Counted from the stretch's first letter, positions 1-7,013 are shown. The stretch is 10,628 bases of DNA from a virus (IMGVR_UViG_2547132488_000018:1-10628), one strand, 5' to 3'. Notes: generated by a model not told the origin, from the sequence alone. Numbers and translations: made by a program.

Positions 1-127
1 CTGCAGTTCTCTGGAGTCACAGGCCCATTTCAGATCCTGTACCGCCTTAGCTTTCTTGATCATCCATTCGTAAATTTCATCATCGGTATAACCTGGCGCG
101 ATGATGACGGGTTCTGGTTTCTGCATA
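1..127 (-). CDS. Hypothetical protein, 5' portion only (start codon at 125-127, continues past window start)
   Basis: Reverse complement of 1-127 begins ATG and reads MQKPEPVIIAPGYTDDEIYEWMIKKAKAVQDLKWACDSRELQ with no stop; GAGGAA Shine-Dalgarno about 7 nt upstream on the minus strand (complement of 131-136). Not in the ORF track because it is truncated. Confidence 0.4.
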
Positions 128-315
128 TTGATTCCTCGCAGTACTGTTTCCCCTTAACGCCGGGGGGGCGGAACAAAAACCTGCTGCATAGTTAAAGTTG
201 AACCCTGCCGTCATGTTCTTACGCCTCGGGCTGGCTACTTACCCCCTGACCACTGCCTGGTAACTCGAAGTATTGCCCTGCGTTCTGTGGGGCGGGGTGG
301 GTTGGTGGAAATAAT

Positions 316-358
316 CTACAATTAAAAACTGTTTTGTGTCAACAGTTTTTAATTGTAG
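316..358. promoter_or_regulatory. Perfect 18-bp inverted repeat with 7-bp spacer; putative distal operator sharing a half-site with the repressor/cro intergenic palindrome
   Basis: CTACAATTAAAAACTGTT (316-333) + TTGTGTC + AACAGTTTTTAATTGTAG (341-358), exact reverse complements. Core AAAAACTGT / ACAGTTTTT recurs at 1354-1390. Confidence 0.4.
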
Positions 359-366
359 AGCTGGGC

Positions 367-392
367 AAAAAAACTCCCTCGAATGAGGGAGT
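367..392 (-). terminator. Rho-independent terminator for the leftward repressor-antitoxin-toxin operon
   Basis: Stem ACTCCCTC (373-380), loop GAAT, stem GAGGGAGT (385-392); on the minus strand the hairpin is followed by a U-run (complement of A-run 367-373). Lies about 17 nt past the parE-like stop at 409. Confidence 0.5.
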
Positions 393-408
393 ATGAAAAT
401 TGTTCAGT

Positions 409-696
409 TCAGATAGGGAAGGGAAATTGTCGGCGGGCATGCACAATATTTGCAATTTCAATGCTTGAAGCTGCTACTCGGTACAAAACGATATAATTAG
501 GGTGAACCACAATTTCCCGCAAACCGGATACTCGATCACTTGGCGGATATAGATATGGATGCTCGGAGAGGGCTAAAACAGACGTTTCAATACGTATTTT
601 TAGTCTGCGTGCTGCAGGAATATTTTCCTTAGCAATATAGGCTACGATCTGACGCAAATCATCGCGAGCAGATGGTAGCCATAAAATGGGTAACAT
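409..696 (-). CDS. parE2: ParE/RelE-superfamily type II toxin (ParE2-like)
   Basis: 95-aa ORF (MLPILWLPSARDDLRQIVAYI...VHPNYIVLYRV...IVHARRQ) with a ParE-like residue pattern; its start overlaps the upstream antitoxin stop by 1 nt (ATGA coupling). Family assignment is from recalled motifs, not a search. Confidence 0.75.
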   Translation of the reverse strand: MLPILWLPSARDDLRQIVAYIAKENIPAARRLKIRIETSVLALSEHPYLYPPSDRVSGLREIVVHPNYIVLYRVAASSIEIANIVHARRQFPFPI

Positions 697-887
697 TACT
701 CGCTCCTGTTAGTTACAGCAATTTGAGCAATAAGATTTTCTATTTCAGCCATTACCTCGTCATGTGGAATTGAGGGACGAGGGTCTGCAAGGCTTGACGC
801 CACTTTAGCGCGCAACCATTCGTTGTAACTGTTTTCTTGTTCGGTAGTTTCGAATTCTGAAACTATCGGAGAAAGGGCTGTACTCAT
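696..887 (-). CDS. paaA2: Small antitoxin, PaaA2-like (63 aa)
   Basis: 63-aa ORF immediately upstream of and coupled to the ParE-like gene; the size and position match the PaaA2 antitoxin of the paaR2-paaA2-parE2 module described in E. coli O157:H7. Confidence 0.65.
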   Translation of the reverse strand: MSTALSPIVSEFETTEQENSYNEWLRAKVASSLADPRPSIPHDEVMAEIENLIAQIAVTNRSE

Positions 888-914
888 GGCATAACTCCTC
901 TTCTTGTACAGTGG

Positions 915-1316
915 TCACGCCCGGCGGCTTTTTTGTGCCGCCAACCACCGGGCAATGGTTTCTTCCATTGATTTTTTCTTGTCTTTGATCTCTTGAAGCA
1001 TTTTTTCTTGGTCTTCCTCTGGAAACGCACTAAAAGCCTGAAGCAGTTCGCGTTGGCGAGGACCAATTTTCATCGTGTCAGGGGTGAAAATTTGCTCCCC
1101 CTCTTCAGGTGGCAATAAAAACCAATGCAATGGATGCCCTGTAACCTCAACCAGTTTATCCAAACTTGAGGCTTTAGGTGTAGCCTTACCGCTGACCCAT
1201 TGTTGAACAGTTTGTTGTGTCACACCAATTCTACGGGCCAGCTCAGCCTGGCTCCATCCAGTTTCCTGAAGAAGCTTGCTGATTCTGTACATAGATACTT
1301 CTAGAGCGTTCATCAT
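915..1316 (-). CDS. paaR2: XRE-family helix-turn-helix transcriptional repressor (PaaR2-like, CI-analog position)
   Basis: 133-aa ORF with a classic HTH (SQAELARRIGVTQQTVQQWVSGKATP); first gene of the leftward operon and divergent from the cro-like gene. No obvious Shine-Dalgarno upstream of the ATG at 1314-1316, so possibly leaderless. Confidence 0.7.
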   Translation of the reverse strand: MMNALEVSMYRISKLLQETGWSQAELARRIGVTQQTVQQWVSGKATPKASSLDKLVEVTGHPLHWFLLPPEEGEQIFTPDTMKIGPRQRELLQAFSAFPEEDQEKMLQEIKDKKKSMEETIARWLAAQKSRRA

Positions 1317-1337
1317 TATTCAATTTTACAGGTAAAT

Positions 1338-1413
1338 ACTGTTAAAAGCATCACAATAAAAAACTGTTGATCATATACAGTTTTTTATTGTAGGCTTTGC
1401 CTGTAGTTTTTTA
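1338..1413. promoter_or_regulatory. Divergent promoter/operator region between repressor and cro-like genes
   Basis: Inverted repeat CAATAAAAAACTGT (1354-1367) / ACAGTTTTTTATTG (1377-1390) with 9-bp spacer, plus further ACTGTT/CTGT motifs at 1338-1348 and 1401-1413. AGGAGG Shine-Dalgarno at 1414-1419 precedes the ATG at 1426. Confidence 0.5.
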
Positions 1414-1425
1414 GAGGAGGGCAAA

Positions 1426-1698
1426 ATGCTAGATAGCACTCGCGAAAAAATTAGGCAGAAATACACTCAAGCTGAAATAGGTCGTTATATGGGGGTCGCT
1501 CAACAGACTGTTTGGCAATGGTTTAGCTTTGGCGTTCCCCCAAAGCAGGTAATTCCGTTATGTCAGCTAATGAAGTGGGAAGTTACCCCGCATGAAATTC
1601 GCCCTGATATTTATCCTAACCCAACCGACGGGCTGCCTTGTGGAAATAAGTGTATGGCGAATGAATCACTGGCGGTGAACAATGAAAATCACCCCTGA
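1426..1698 (+). CDS. ydaS: Cro/YdaS-like HTH regulator
   Basis: 90-aa ORF with HTH (YMGVAQQTVWQWFSFG) and a C-terminal HEIRPDIYP motif recalled from YdaS-family proteins; strong Shine-Dalgarno; first rightward gene. Confidence 0.65.
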   Translation: MLDSTREKIRQKYTQAEIGRYMGVAQQTVWQWFSFGVPPKQVIPLCQLMKWEVTPHEIRPDIYPNPTDGLPCGNKCMANESLAVNNENHP

Positions 1699-2203
1699 AC
1701 AGGTTTGTGAGGCTCTGGATGCCTGGGTATGCCGACCAGGAATGACACAGGAGCAGGCGACGATATTAATCACGGAAGCATTCTGGGATCTGAAAGAACG
1801 CCCAAACATCGATGTTCAACGCGTCACGTTTGATGATGGCGCGGTTGATCAACGGGCGCTGGGCGTTAACCGGGTGAAGATATTCGAACGCTGGAAAGCT
1901 ATCGACACCAGGGATAAGCGTGAAAAATTCACGGCGCTGATTCCGGCAATTATGGAGGCGATCCGGTTCAGTGATTTCAGGTTGTATTGTGAAATTACTG
2001 ACGGAAAAAGCATTACATACATGATCGCCGGGTTAAACAAAGAATATGGCGATGTGGTGGAGTCCGGGCTGCTTTTTGCGGATCCAGCTGTTGTGGAACG
2101 TGAGACTGACGAGCTTATAGAAAAAGCCATTGCTTTCAAGCGTGCGTATCGTCAGCAATATCAACAAAAAGCCGGATGGAATTATGAGTCTTCTTTTTGC
2201 TGA
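1682..2203 (+). CDS. ydaT: YdaT-like protein (functional CII analog in CP-933P-type prophages)
   Basis: 173-aa ORF overlapping the cro-like gene by 17 nt; second rightward gene; the KREKFTALIPAIMEAI segment resembles what I recall of YdaT. Identity rests on recall and synteny. Confidence 0.55.
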   Translation: MKITPEQVCEALDAWVCRPGMTQEQATILITEAFWDLKERPNIDVQRVTFDDGAVDQRALGVNRVKIFERWKAIDTRDKREKFTALIPAIMEAIRFSDFRLYCEITDGKSITYMIAGLNKEYGDVVESGLLFADPAVVERETDELIEKAIAFKRAYRQQYQQKAGWNYESSFC

Positions 2204-3149
2204 ACGCCCACTGGTTATTAACACGCAGCTGGCGATGAAAATTGGTCTGAACGAAGCCATCGTGTTGCAGCAGCTGCATTACTGGTTGAGAGATACCGGT
2301 TCCGGCATGGAATGTGATGGTGTTCGCTGGATTTATAACACAACGGAACAATGGCTGGAACAGTTCCCGTTCTGGTCAGAGTCAACGTTAAAACGCGCAT
2401 TTGCAAGTCTGAAAGCGCTGGGGCTTTTGCGTTGTGAAAAGCTCAACAAATCAAAGCGTGACATGACTAATTTTTACACGATTAATTACGAGAGCGAGCT
2501 TTTAGATGGTGGCAAAGTGAGCGAATCCATCAGGTCAAAATGCGCCGCTCCATCAGGTCAAAATGACACGATGGAAGAGGCCAAAATGGCACGCTCCATT
2601 GGCTCAAAACGACCCAATGTCATCGGGTCAAAATGGCCTGATGATCTTACAGAGAATACAACAGAGATTACTACAGAGAATAAAAACACTTCTCGTCCGG
2701 AAGCTTCGCAACCGGACCAGCAGGCGGCTGAACAGGATTTTTTAACCCGACACCCTGACGCGGTTGTGTTCAGTGCGAAAAAACGCCAGTGGGGAAACCA
2801 GGAGGATTTAGCGTGTGCGCAGTGGATCTGGGGACGAATCGTGAGTCTTTACGAACAGGCTGCCAGCGATGATGGTGAGATCACGCGACCGAAAGAACCC
2901 AACTGGACTGCATGGGCCAATGACGTGCGCACAATGCGGATGCTTGATGGCAGAACTCACAGACAAATTTACGAAATGTTTGGTCGGGTACAGCGGGATC
3001 CATTCTGGGTAAAAAACGTCATGAGCCCGTCAAAGCTTCGCGAAAAATGGGACGAACTGGTCATCCGCCTGGGGCGTTCGCCTGTACAGCGTTGTGTGAA
3101 TCACATTTCTGAACCGGACACCGAAATTCCGCCGGGCTTCAGGGGGTAA
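2181..3149 (+). CDS. Phage replication initiation protein (lambda O-like / replisome organizer) with internal origin
   Basis: Winged-helix-like N-terminal domain, a low-complexity linker encoded by the iteron DNA, and a C-terminal domain. Start chosen at ATG 2181 (MSLLFAERP...) with GGATGG upstream; the ORF track's upstream in-frame start at 2130 is the alternative. Confidence 0.6.
   Translation: MMSLLFAERPLVINTQLAMKIGLNEAIVLQQLHYWLRDTGSGMECDGVRWIYNTTEQWLEQFPFWSESTLKRAFASLKALGLLRCEKLNKSKRDMTNFYTINYESELLDGGKVSESIRSKCAAPSGQNDTMEEAKMARSIGSKRPNVIGSKWPDDLTENTTEITTENKNTSRPEASQPDQQAAEQDFLTRHPDAVVFSAKKRQWGNQEDLACAQWIWGRIVSLYEQAASDDGEITRPKEPNWTAWANDVRTMRMLDGRTHRQIYEMFGRVQRDPFWVKNVMSPSKLREKWDELVIRLGRSPVQRCVNHISEPDTEIPPGFRG
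2526..2690. repeat. Replication origin: five iterons at 23-bp spacing followed by an AT-rich tract
   Basis: TCCATCAGGTCAAAATG at 2526-2542 and 2549-2565 (identical), degenerate copies at 2572-2588, 2595-2611 and 2620-2636, then AT-rich 2641-2690 with ACAGAGAAT-type repeats. Same architecture as ori-lambda inside gene O. Confidence 0.6.
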
Positions 3150-3189
3150 GTGTTAATTTCTGGTCATGAGGTAATTTTCAGGAGGGCTT

Positions 3190-3612
3190 GTGGCAAAAGT
3201 ATTTACACAAGAAGAGCGGGAAAAAATTAAGGGGCTGGTTGTTGAACTTGTACGCCAGAGCGGGCGCGAGACGTTACGACAACTGGAAGCTAAGACAGGT
3301 GCGACAAGATATTTAATAAGCGTTCTTGCCAGAGAGCTGGTTGCCAGTGGCGATGTATACAACTCTGGTTACGGGTTATTCCCGTCTGAACAGGCGCGTA
3401 AGGACTGGCAAAACGCCCGCAAAAAACTCTCGAGGGCAAAGCTGAAGAAAACATCTGTGGTTGATCCGGACCTTATCTGGTCGTTACCAGACGGAGAAAT
3501 ACGCCGCTACGACAGGCGTCAGAACATAATCTGTCGCGAGTGCCGGAAAAGCAAGGTTATGCAGCGTGTGCTGGCGTTTTATCAGGGTAATTTTCAGGAG
3601 GTGATGACGTGA
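3190..3612 (+). CDS. Hypothetical protein (GTG start)
   Basis: 140-aa ORF; GTG start at 3190 preceded by AGGAGG (3181-3186); its stop overlaps the next gene's GTG start (GTGA at 3609-3612). Confidence 0.55.
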   Translation: MAKVFTQEEREKIKGLVVELVRQSGRETLRQLEAKTGATRYLISVLARELVASGDVYNSGYGLFPSEQARKDWQNARKKLSRAKLKKTSVVDPDLIWSLPDGEIRRYDRRQNIICRECRKSKVMQRVLAFYQGNFQEVMT

Positions 3613-3908
3613 GGGTGAGAGTCTATATTGCCGGTCCAATGACCGGGTATAAAAATTTCAACCGTGAGGCGTTCCACAAGGCGGAAGAGGAACTGAAACG
3701 GGAAGGGCATACAGTCTTAAACCCGGCAGTACTTCCAGACGGGCTGACACAGCCACACTACATGGATATTTGCATGGCAATGATTCGTTGTGTGGATGCG
3801 ATTTACATGCTGAAAGGCTGGCAGCGGTCAGCAGGCGCTAAGGCAGAACTGGCGCTGGCGGAGAAACTGGGGCATGCAGTTATTTTCCAGGAGGCAAACA
3901 GTGAGTAA
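3609..3908 (+). CDS. DUF4406 / nucleoside 2-deoxyribosyltransferase-like protein
   Basis: 99-aa ORF whose N-terminal VYIAGPMTG motif is characteristic of the nucleoside 2-deoxyribosyltransferase-like fold; GTG start with AGGAGG at 3595-3600. Confidence 0.55.
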   Translation: MRVRVYIAGPMTGYKNFNREAFHKAEEELKREGHTVLNPAVLPDGLTQPHYMDICMAMIRCVDAIYMLKGWQRSAGAKAELALAEKLGHAVIFQEANSE

Positions 3909-4365
3909 CCAATGGCGACCAGATATTTGTCCTATAACCGGACGTGCATTTTTCATGTGGATTGAGCATCCGAAATTGGGCAATGTGCCGACGTATGGCG
4001 GCCCATTAGACAGTTACACCATTCCAACAAAGGACAGCGATGGTGAGTTTTCGTGTGAGCGTTACGATCATGATTTCGGTGGCTGGGTAGAAAGCGAATG
4101 TCTTGGGTTATATCTGATTGATGATAAAGAACAATGCAGAGTCTACGAACTCGAGGAACGCGTTAAAGAGCTGGAAGCGCGGGAAGTTCATTTGCCGACT
4201 CGCTACGGTCTTCGATATGGACACCCGATAAATGATGATGAACGCCACGTCATGATACCTAAAGAAAATGGCTGCTGGCTTTATCTGGCTGACTTAGAAC
4301 ATGAACTACGTGTTGCTGGCATTCATATCAAAGGAGAGGAGTATGGAAATAAAACCAGAAGATGA
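3901..4365 (+). CDS. Hypothetical phage protein
   Basis: ORF 3874-4365 trimmed to the in-frame GTG at 3901 (MSNQWRPD...), which has AGGAGG at 3887-3892 and overlaps the upstream stop by 8 nt. Confidence 0.5.
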   Translation: MSNQWRPDICPITGRAFFMWIEHPKLGNVPTYGGPLDSYTIPTKDSDGEFSCERYDHDFGGWVESECLGLYLIDDKEQCRVYELEERVKELEAREVHLPTRYGLRYGHPINDDERHVMIPKENGCWLYLADLEHELRVAGIHIKGEEYGNKTRR

Positions 4366-4699
4366 GTTAAGTAATATTGTTTTATTTCCGGCAAAAGAGG
4401 ATGACCCACGTAATCAGGTTAATTTTCTTTATGAGCCATCGGAAAGACCATATTGCCATCACGCTTCTGTCCGGGTTGACGAAAAAGAGCGTCAGGTCCG
4501 CTGTAAAATCTGCGGTGCAGTTGTGGAGCCGTTTGACTGGATGCTCTCAGTGGCGAAAAGAGAAACCAGACTGGCAGATGATGTAAGGCTATTGCGCCAG
4601 GAGGAACAGGAAAGGCGGAAAAATATAGAAAAGTTAATTCAGATTGAGCGTAACGCGAAAGCGCGGATACGCAGGGCGACAAAATCCAGAACTGAATAA
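4343..4699 (+). CDS. Hypothetical protein with CxxC pair and charged coiled-coil-like C-terminus
   Basis: ORF 4301-4699 trimmed to ATG 4343 (MEIKPEDEL...) with GGAGAGGAG Shine-Dalgarno; contains CHH...CKIC. Confidence 0.5.
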   Translation: MEIKPEDELSNIVLFPAKEDDPRNQVNFLYEPSERPYCHHASVRVDEKERQVRCKICGAVVEPFDWMLSVAKRETRLADDVRLLRQEEQERRKNIEKLIQIERNAKARIRRATKSRTE

Positions 4700-4794
4700 T
4701 TAAATTTAGCACTGTTAAAAATTTTATCCTTAACCGGAGGGATTTCTGCACCCTCAGAACATCAGGAGGCCGCCCTAAAGGGCGGTGATAAATA

Positions 4795-5271
4795 ATGCAA
4801 GACATCAAAGAAAATATCAGACAACAGCTTTACGGGTTTTATATTGCTTATGATTTGTGGCTGAGTAATGGGGCGAAACCAGGTGGGGTGTTTTCTCGAA
4901 ATTATGGTTTATGCGCCAATCTTTTCGATTATCTCACATCAATCGGTACCTCCAGCGAAGCGGCACTGGAACAATTACACGCTGATTTCAGAAGTGCCGG
5001 GCTGTATGAGGTGTTGCCATTTAACGAGAGTAATGGGCATTACCATGAAGAAAAAAGGAACAACATGTGCCATATGAACCCGTCGCGGGTGGCGTGGGTC
5101 AGGGCGCAGATGGTACAGGCAGTGCCGGACGGACTGGTTAAGGCTGTACGCTTCTATGAACAGGTAAAGTGTGAGAATCCGCCAGCTGAAACCGGAGCAT
5201 GGAAAGACGCTGTTGACTGGGTACTCAAGGAGGCCTGCCAGGCTGTAAACATTGGCAACAAAGGAGAGTGA
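4795..5271 (+). CDS. Hypothetical phage protein
   Basis: 158-aa ORF; AGGAGG at 4764-4769 and GGTGA nearer the ATG; its stop overlaps the downstream start region. Confidence 0.55.
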   Translation: MQDIKENIRQQLYGFYIAYDLWLSNGAKPGGVFSRNYGLCANLFDYLTSIGTSSEAALEQLHADFRSAGLYEVLPFNESNGHYHEEKRNNMCHMNPSRVAWVRAQMVQAVPDGLVKAVRFYEQVKCENPPAETGAWKDAVDWVLKEACQAVNIGNKGE

Positions 5272-5272
5272 T

Positions 5273-5491
5273 GTGCCTACATTATTCAGAAAAGAATATC
5301 CGCGAAAAAGTAGAGCGACAGAATTTTTGTTTCTCATTCTGTTTATCGTGTTGATGATACCGATATCCCCGCTAATTTTTGTCTGGGCAATCGGGAAAAT
5401 AATTGAGCCAGTTATTGAATTGTATAACGACGTGGTATGGGCGTCGTTCAACACACTGCACAATAAAATTAATCCGTATAAGGAAGGTTGA
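5273..5491 (+). CDS. Small hydrophobic (single-transmembrane) protein
   Basis: In-frame GTG at 5273 with AAGGAGAG at 5261-5268; hydrophobic core FLFLILFIVLMIPISPLIFVWAIG. The ORF track's TTG at 5252 is the alternative start. Confidence 0.4.
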   Translation: MPTLFRKEYPRKSRATEFLFLILFIVLMIPISPLIFVWAIGKIIEPVIELYNDVVWASFNTLHNKINPYKEG

Positions 5492-5492
5492 A

Positions 5493-5873
5493 ATGACCAT
5501 TACCACAAAAGAGCAGCAGAGATACAGTAAACAAGATTTAGGAGACGCTCTGGATTTTTATCTTTTTGAAGGTGATTTTGGTGCGCCATTCGATATTGAG
5601 TTATCGAATAAAATCGTTACCTCTCGCGGTGAATATACATGTCACATATGCGCCGGGAAAATCTCAAAGGGTGAAATACACCGCAGCACAACATGGAAAT
5701 TTGATGGCGAGCTTATGTCCTATAGATGCTGCAATGAGTGCTGTGTAGCGATGGTTAAAAGCGTCAATTATGAATATGAAGACAAAGACCCGGTAGAAGC
5801 ACGTTATGCGCTTGGGGAGGAGCGCAGGAGAGCAAAAACGCTGGAAAACCACTTGCGCACTAAAGGAGATTGA
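5493..5873 (+). CDS. Cys-rich (putative zinc-binding) hypothetical protein
   Basis: ORF 5403-5873 trimmed to ATG 5493 (MTITTKEQQ...) with AAGGAAGG Shine-Dalgarno; contains CHICAGK and CCNECC. Confidence 0.55.
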   Translation: MTITTKEQQRYSKQDLGDALDFYLFEGDFGAPFDIELSNKIVTSRGEYTCHICAGKISKGEIHRSTTWKFDGELMSYRCCNECCVAMVKSVNYEYEDKDPVEARYALGEERRRAKTLENHLRTKGD

Positions 5874-5874
5874 T

Positions 5875-6255
5875 ATGGCACTGACGAAAAAACAACGTGC
5901 AGAACTGCGCATGAAGTTCGGCGGTCGCTGTGCTTATTGCGGCTGCGAACTTGGCGAAAAGTGGCATGCAGACCATGTAAAACCGGTCATTCGTTTTGCT
6001 GGAAATATGCTTCACCAGGAACGTGACGATATATCCAACATGGTTCCGGCATGCCACCCATGCAATCTGCACAAGCATTGCAGTAGCCTGGAAGATTATC
6101 GGCGAATTATCAGTGATGGTCGTCGTGAATTCCTTGCGTCCGGGAAAGGCAAAGCGCTGGTTCGTATGGGATTGGTTGAAATGAAATCTGACCCGGTTGT
6201 GTTCTGGTTTGAAAAATATCAAGAAGGGAGGCTACAGCATGACCACTTTCACTGA
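5875..6255 (+). CDS. HNH endonuclease
   Basis: ORF 5806-6255 trimmed to ATG 5875 (MALTKKQRAEL...) with AAAGGAG Shine-Dalgarno; HNH signature CAYCGCEL...WHADHVKPV...NMVPACHPCNLHK. Confidence 0.7.
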   Translation: MALTKKQRAELRMKFGGRCAYCGCELGEKWHADHVKPVIRFAGNMLHQERDDISNMVPACHPCNLHKHCSSLEDYRRIISDGRREFLASGKGKALVRMGLVEMKSDPVVFWFEKYQEGRLQHDHFH

Positions 6256-6579
6256 CAAAGAAATGATTGAACAAAGAAACGTGGCGTTTTGATTTGCGAG
6301 TCGGGTTCAAAGAGGCTTTCCGCGTACTGCGGCCACACGGAGTTCTCATATTCAAATAGAACGATATGCAGATTTTAGCGTTCACTGACGTGAAACCAGC
6401 AATTGGCCAGCGCACCGGGAAAACGACACAATCCACTGGATTATTTTTGTTAAAGGCGGTTCGGTATGAAAATCAACTTAACAGAGTCAGCACCAGTAAC
6501 CGATAATGAACACGATCAGAGCCTATTGGCGCAGAGGGAATGATTTGAAATAGTAAGATCATTGATTGCTAAGTAAATT

Positions 6580-6603
6580 GTGCTGTAGTGGATACTACAG
6601 CAC
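6580..6603 (-). terminator. Perfect 10-bp stem / 4-nt loop hairpin at the 3' end of the minus-strand island
   Basis: GTGCTGTAGT GGAT ACTACAGCAC, 9 nt beyond the stop of the minus-strand gene ending at 6612. No clean U-run follows, so terminator function is uncertain. Confidence 0.35.
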
Positions 6604-6611
6604 TTCAGAAG

Positions 6612-7013
6612 TCACTTACTATTATTTTTCGCCTTGAGCATCGCGTTGTAGTACGCTATATGAACACTACCGAGCTTTGGATAAGGGACATTATTTTTTC
6701 TTGGTGCCTTAGAGAAAAACTCTGTAGTAAAAGGCAGGATAGATGTTCTGGCTAAGTCAAATTTAGTATCGTAGCTTAACCCAGATAGACCAAAAACATC
6801 ATCGCCATCAGCTTTTTGAATAAGAAACTCTGATGGGTAGAGTTTGTGTGTTTTTTGGCTCGTACCGAATGCAACTATGATTTCATGCTTTAGTTTCGAT
6901 ACACCTAATACCATACCTGGTCTCATTTTGGGAGTATCTCCCCCCCATTCTTCAGATGGTTGAAACCAAACAATATCGCCAGTCTTTGGCAATGGTTTTA
7001 TTTTCGAATGCAT
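6612..7013 (-). CDS. PemK/MazF-like putative toxin
   Basis: 133-aa ORF; the N-terminal GDIVWFQPSEEWGGDTPKMRPGMVLGVSKLKHEIIVAFGTSQ matches the MazF/Kid pattern (G-D/E-I, K/R-RP-x-V/L-L/V, then a hydrophobic strand ending TS). AT-rich codon usage; contains a G7 tract on the coding strand (complement of 6940-6946). Confidence 0.5.
   Translation of the reverse strand: MHSKIKPLPKTGDIVWFQPSEEWGGDTPKMRPGMVLGVSKLKHEIIVAFGTSQKTHKLYPSEFLIQKADGDDVFGLSGLSYDTKFDLARTSILPFTTEFFSKAPRKNNVPYPKLGSVHIAYYNAMLKAKNNSK

Noticed and set aside
1-6. CTGCAG (PstI site) exactly at the window start
   Set aside because: More likely a cloning or fragment boundary than a biological feature; nothing further can be inferred.
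163-169. G7 homopolymer in the leader/promoter region of the partial minus-strand gene
   Set aside because: A single short tract in non-coding DNA with no supporting context; noted only as a possible variable site.
289-308. G-rich stretch GGGGCGGGGTGGGTTGGTGG as a possible G-quadruplex
   Set aside because: Only three runs of three or more G plus GG doublets, so a weak G4 candidate; not enough to assert function without a prediction tool or experiment.
884-1066. 60-aa minus-strand ORF overlapping the repressor gene in another frame
   Set aside because: Fully embedded in the HTH repressor coding sequence; highly basic, low-complexity translation typical of an out-of-frame artefact.
1849-2406. 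Minus-strand ORFs (1849-2139, 2033-2260, 2136-2351, 2218-2406) and plus-strand ORF 2563-2745
   Set aside because: All lie antisense to or out of frame within the well-supported ydaT-like and replication initiator genes, with no ribosome-binding sites; treated as spurious.
2526-2636. Possible CRISPR array suggested by the regularly spaced direct repeats
   Set aside because: The repeats are degenerate, have a 23-bp period with no unique spacers of CRISPR length, and lie inside a coding sequence; iterons of a replication origin fit better.
4377-6436. Assorted overlapping ORFs (4377-4586 +, 4419-4808 -, 4868-5077 +, 4975-5463 -, 5566-5748 +, 5664-5912 -, 5860-6222 -, 5996-6184 +, 6110-6436 -)
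   Set aside because: Each overlaps a better-supported plus-strand gene that has a Shine-Dalgarno and translational coupling; none has its own convincing start context.
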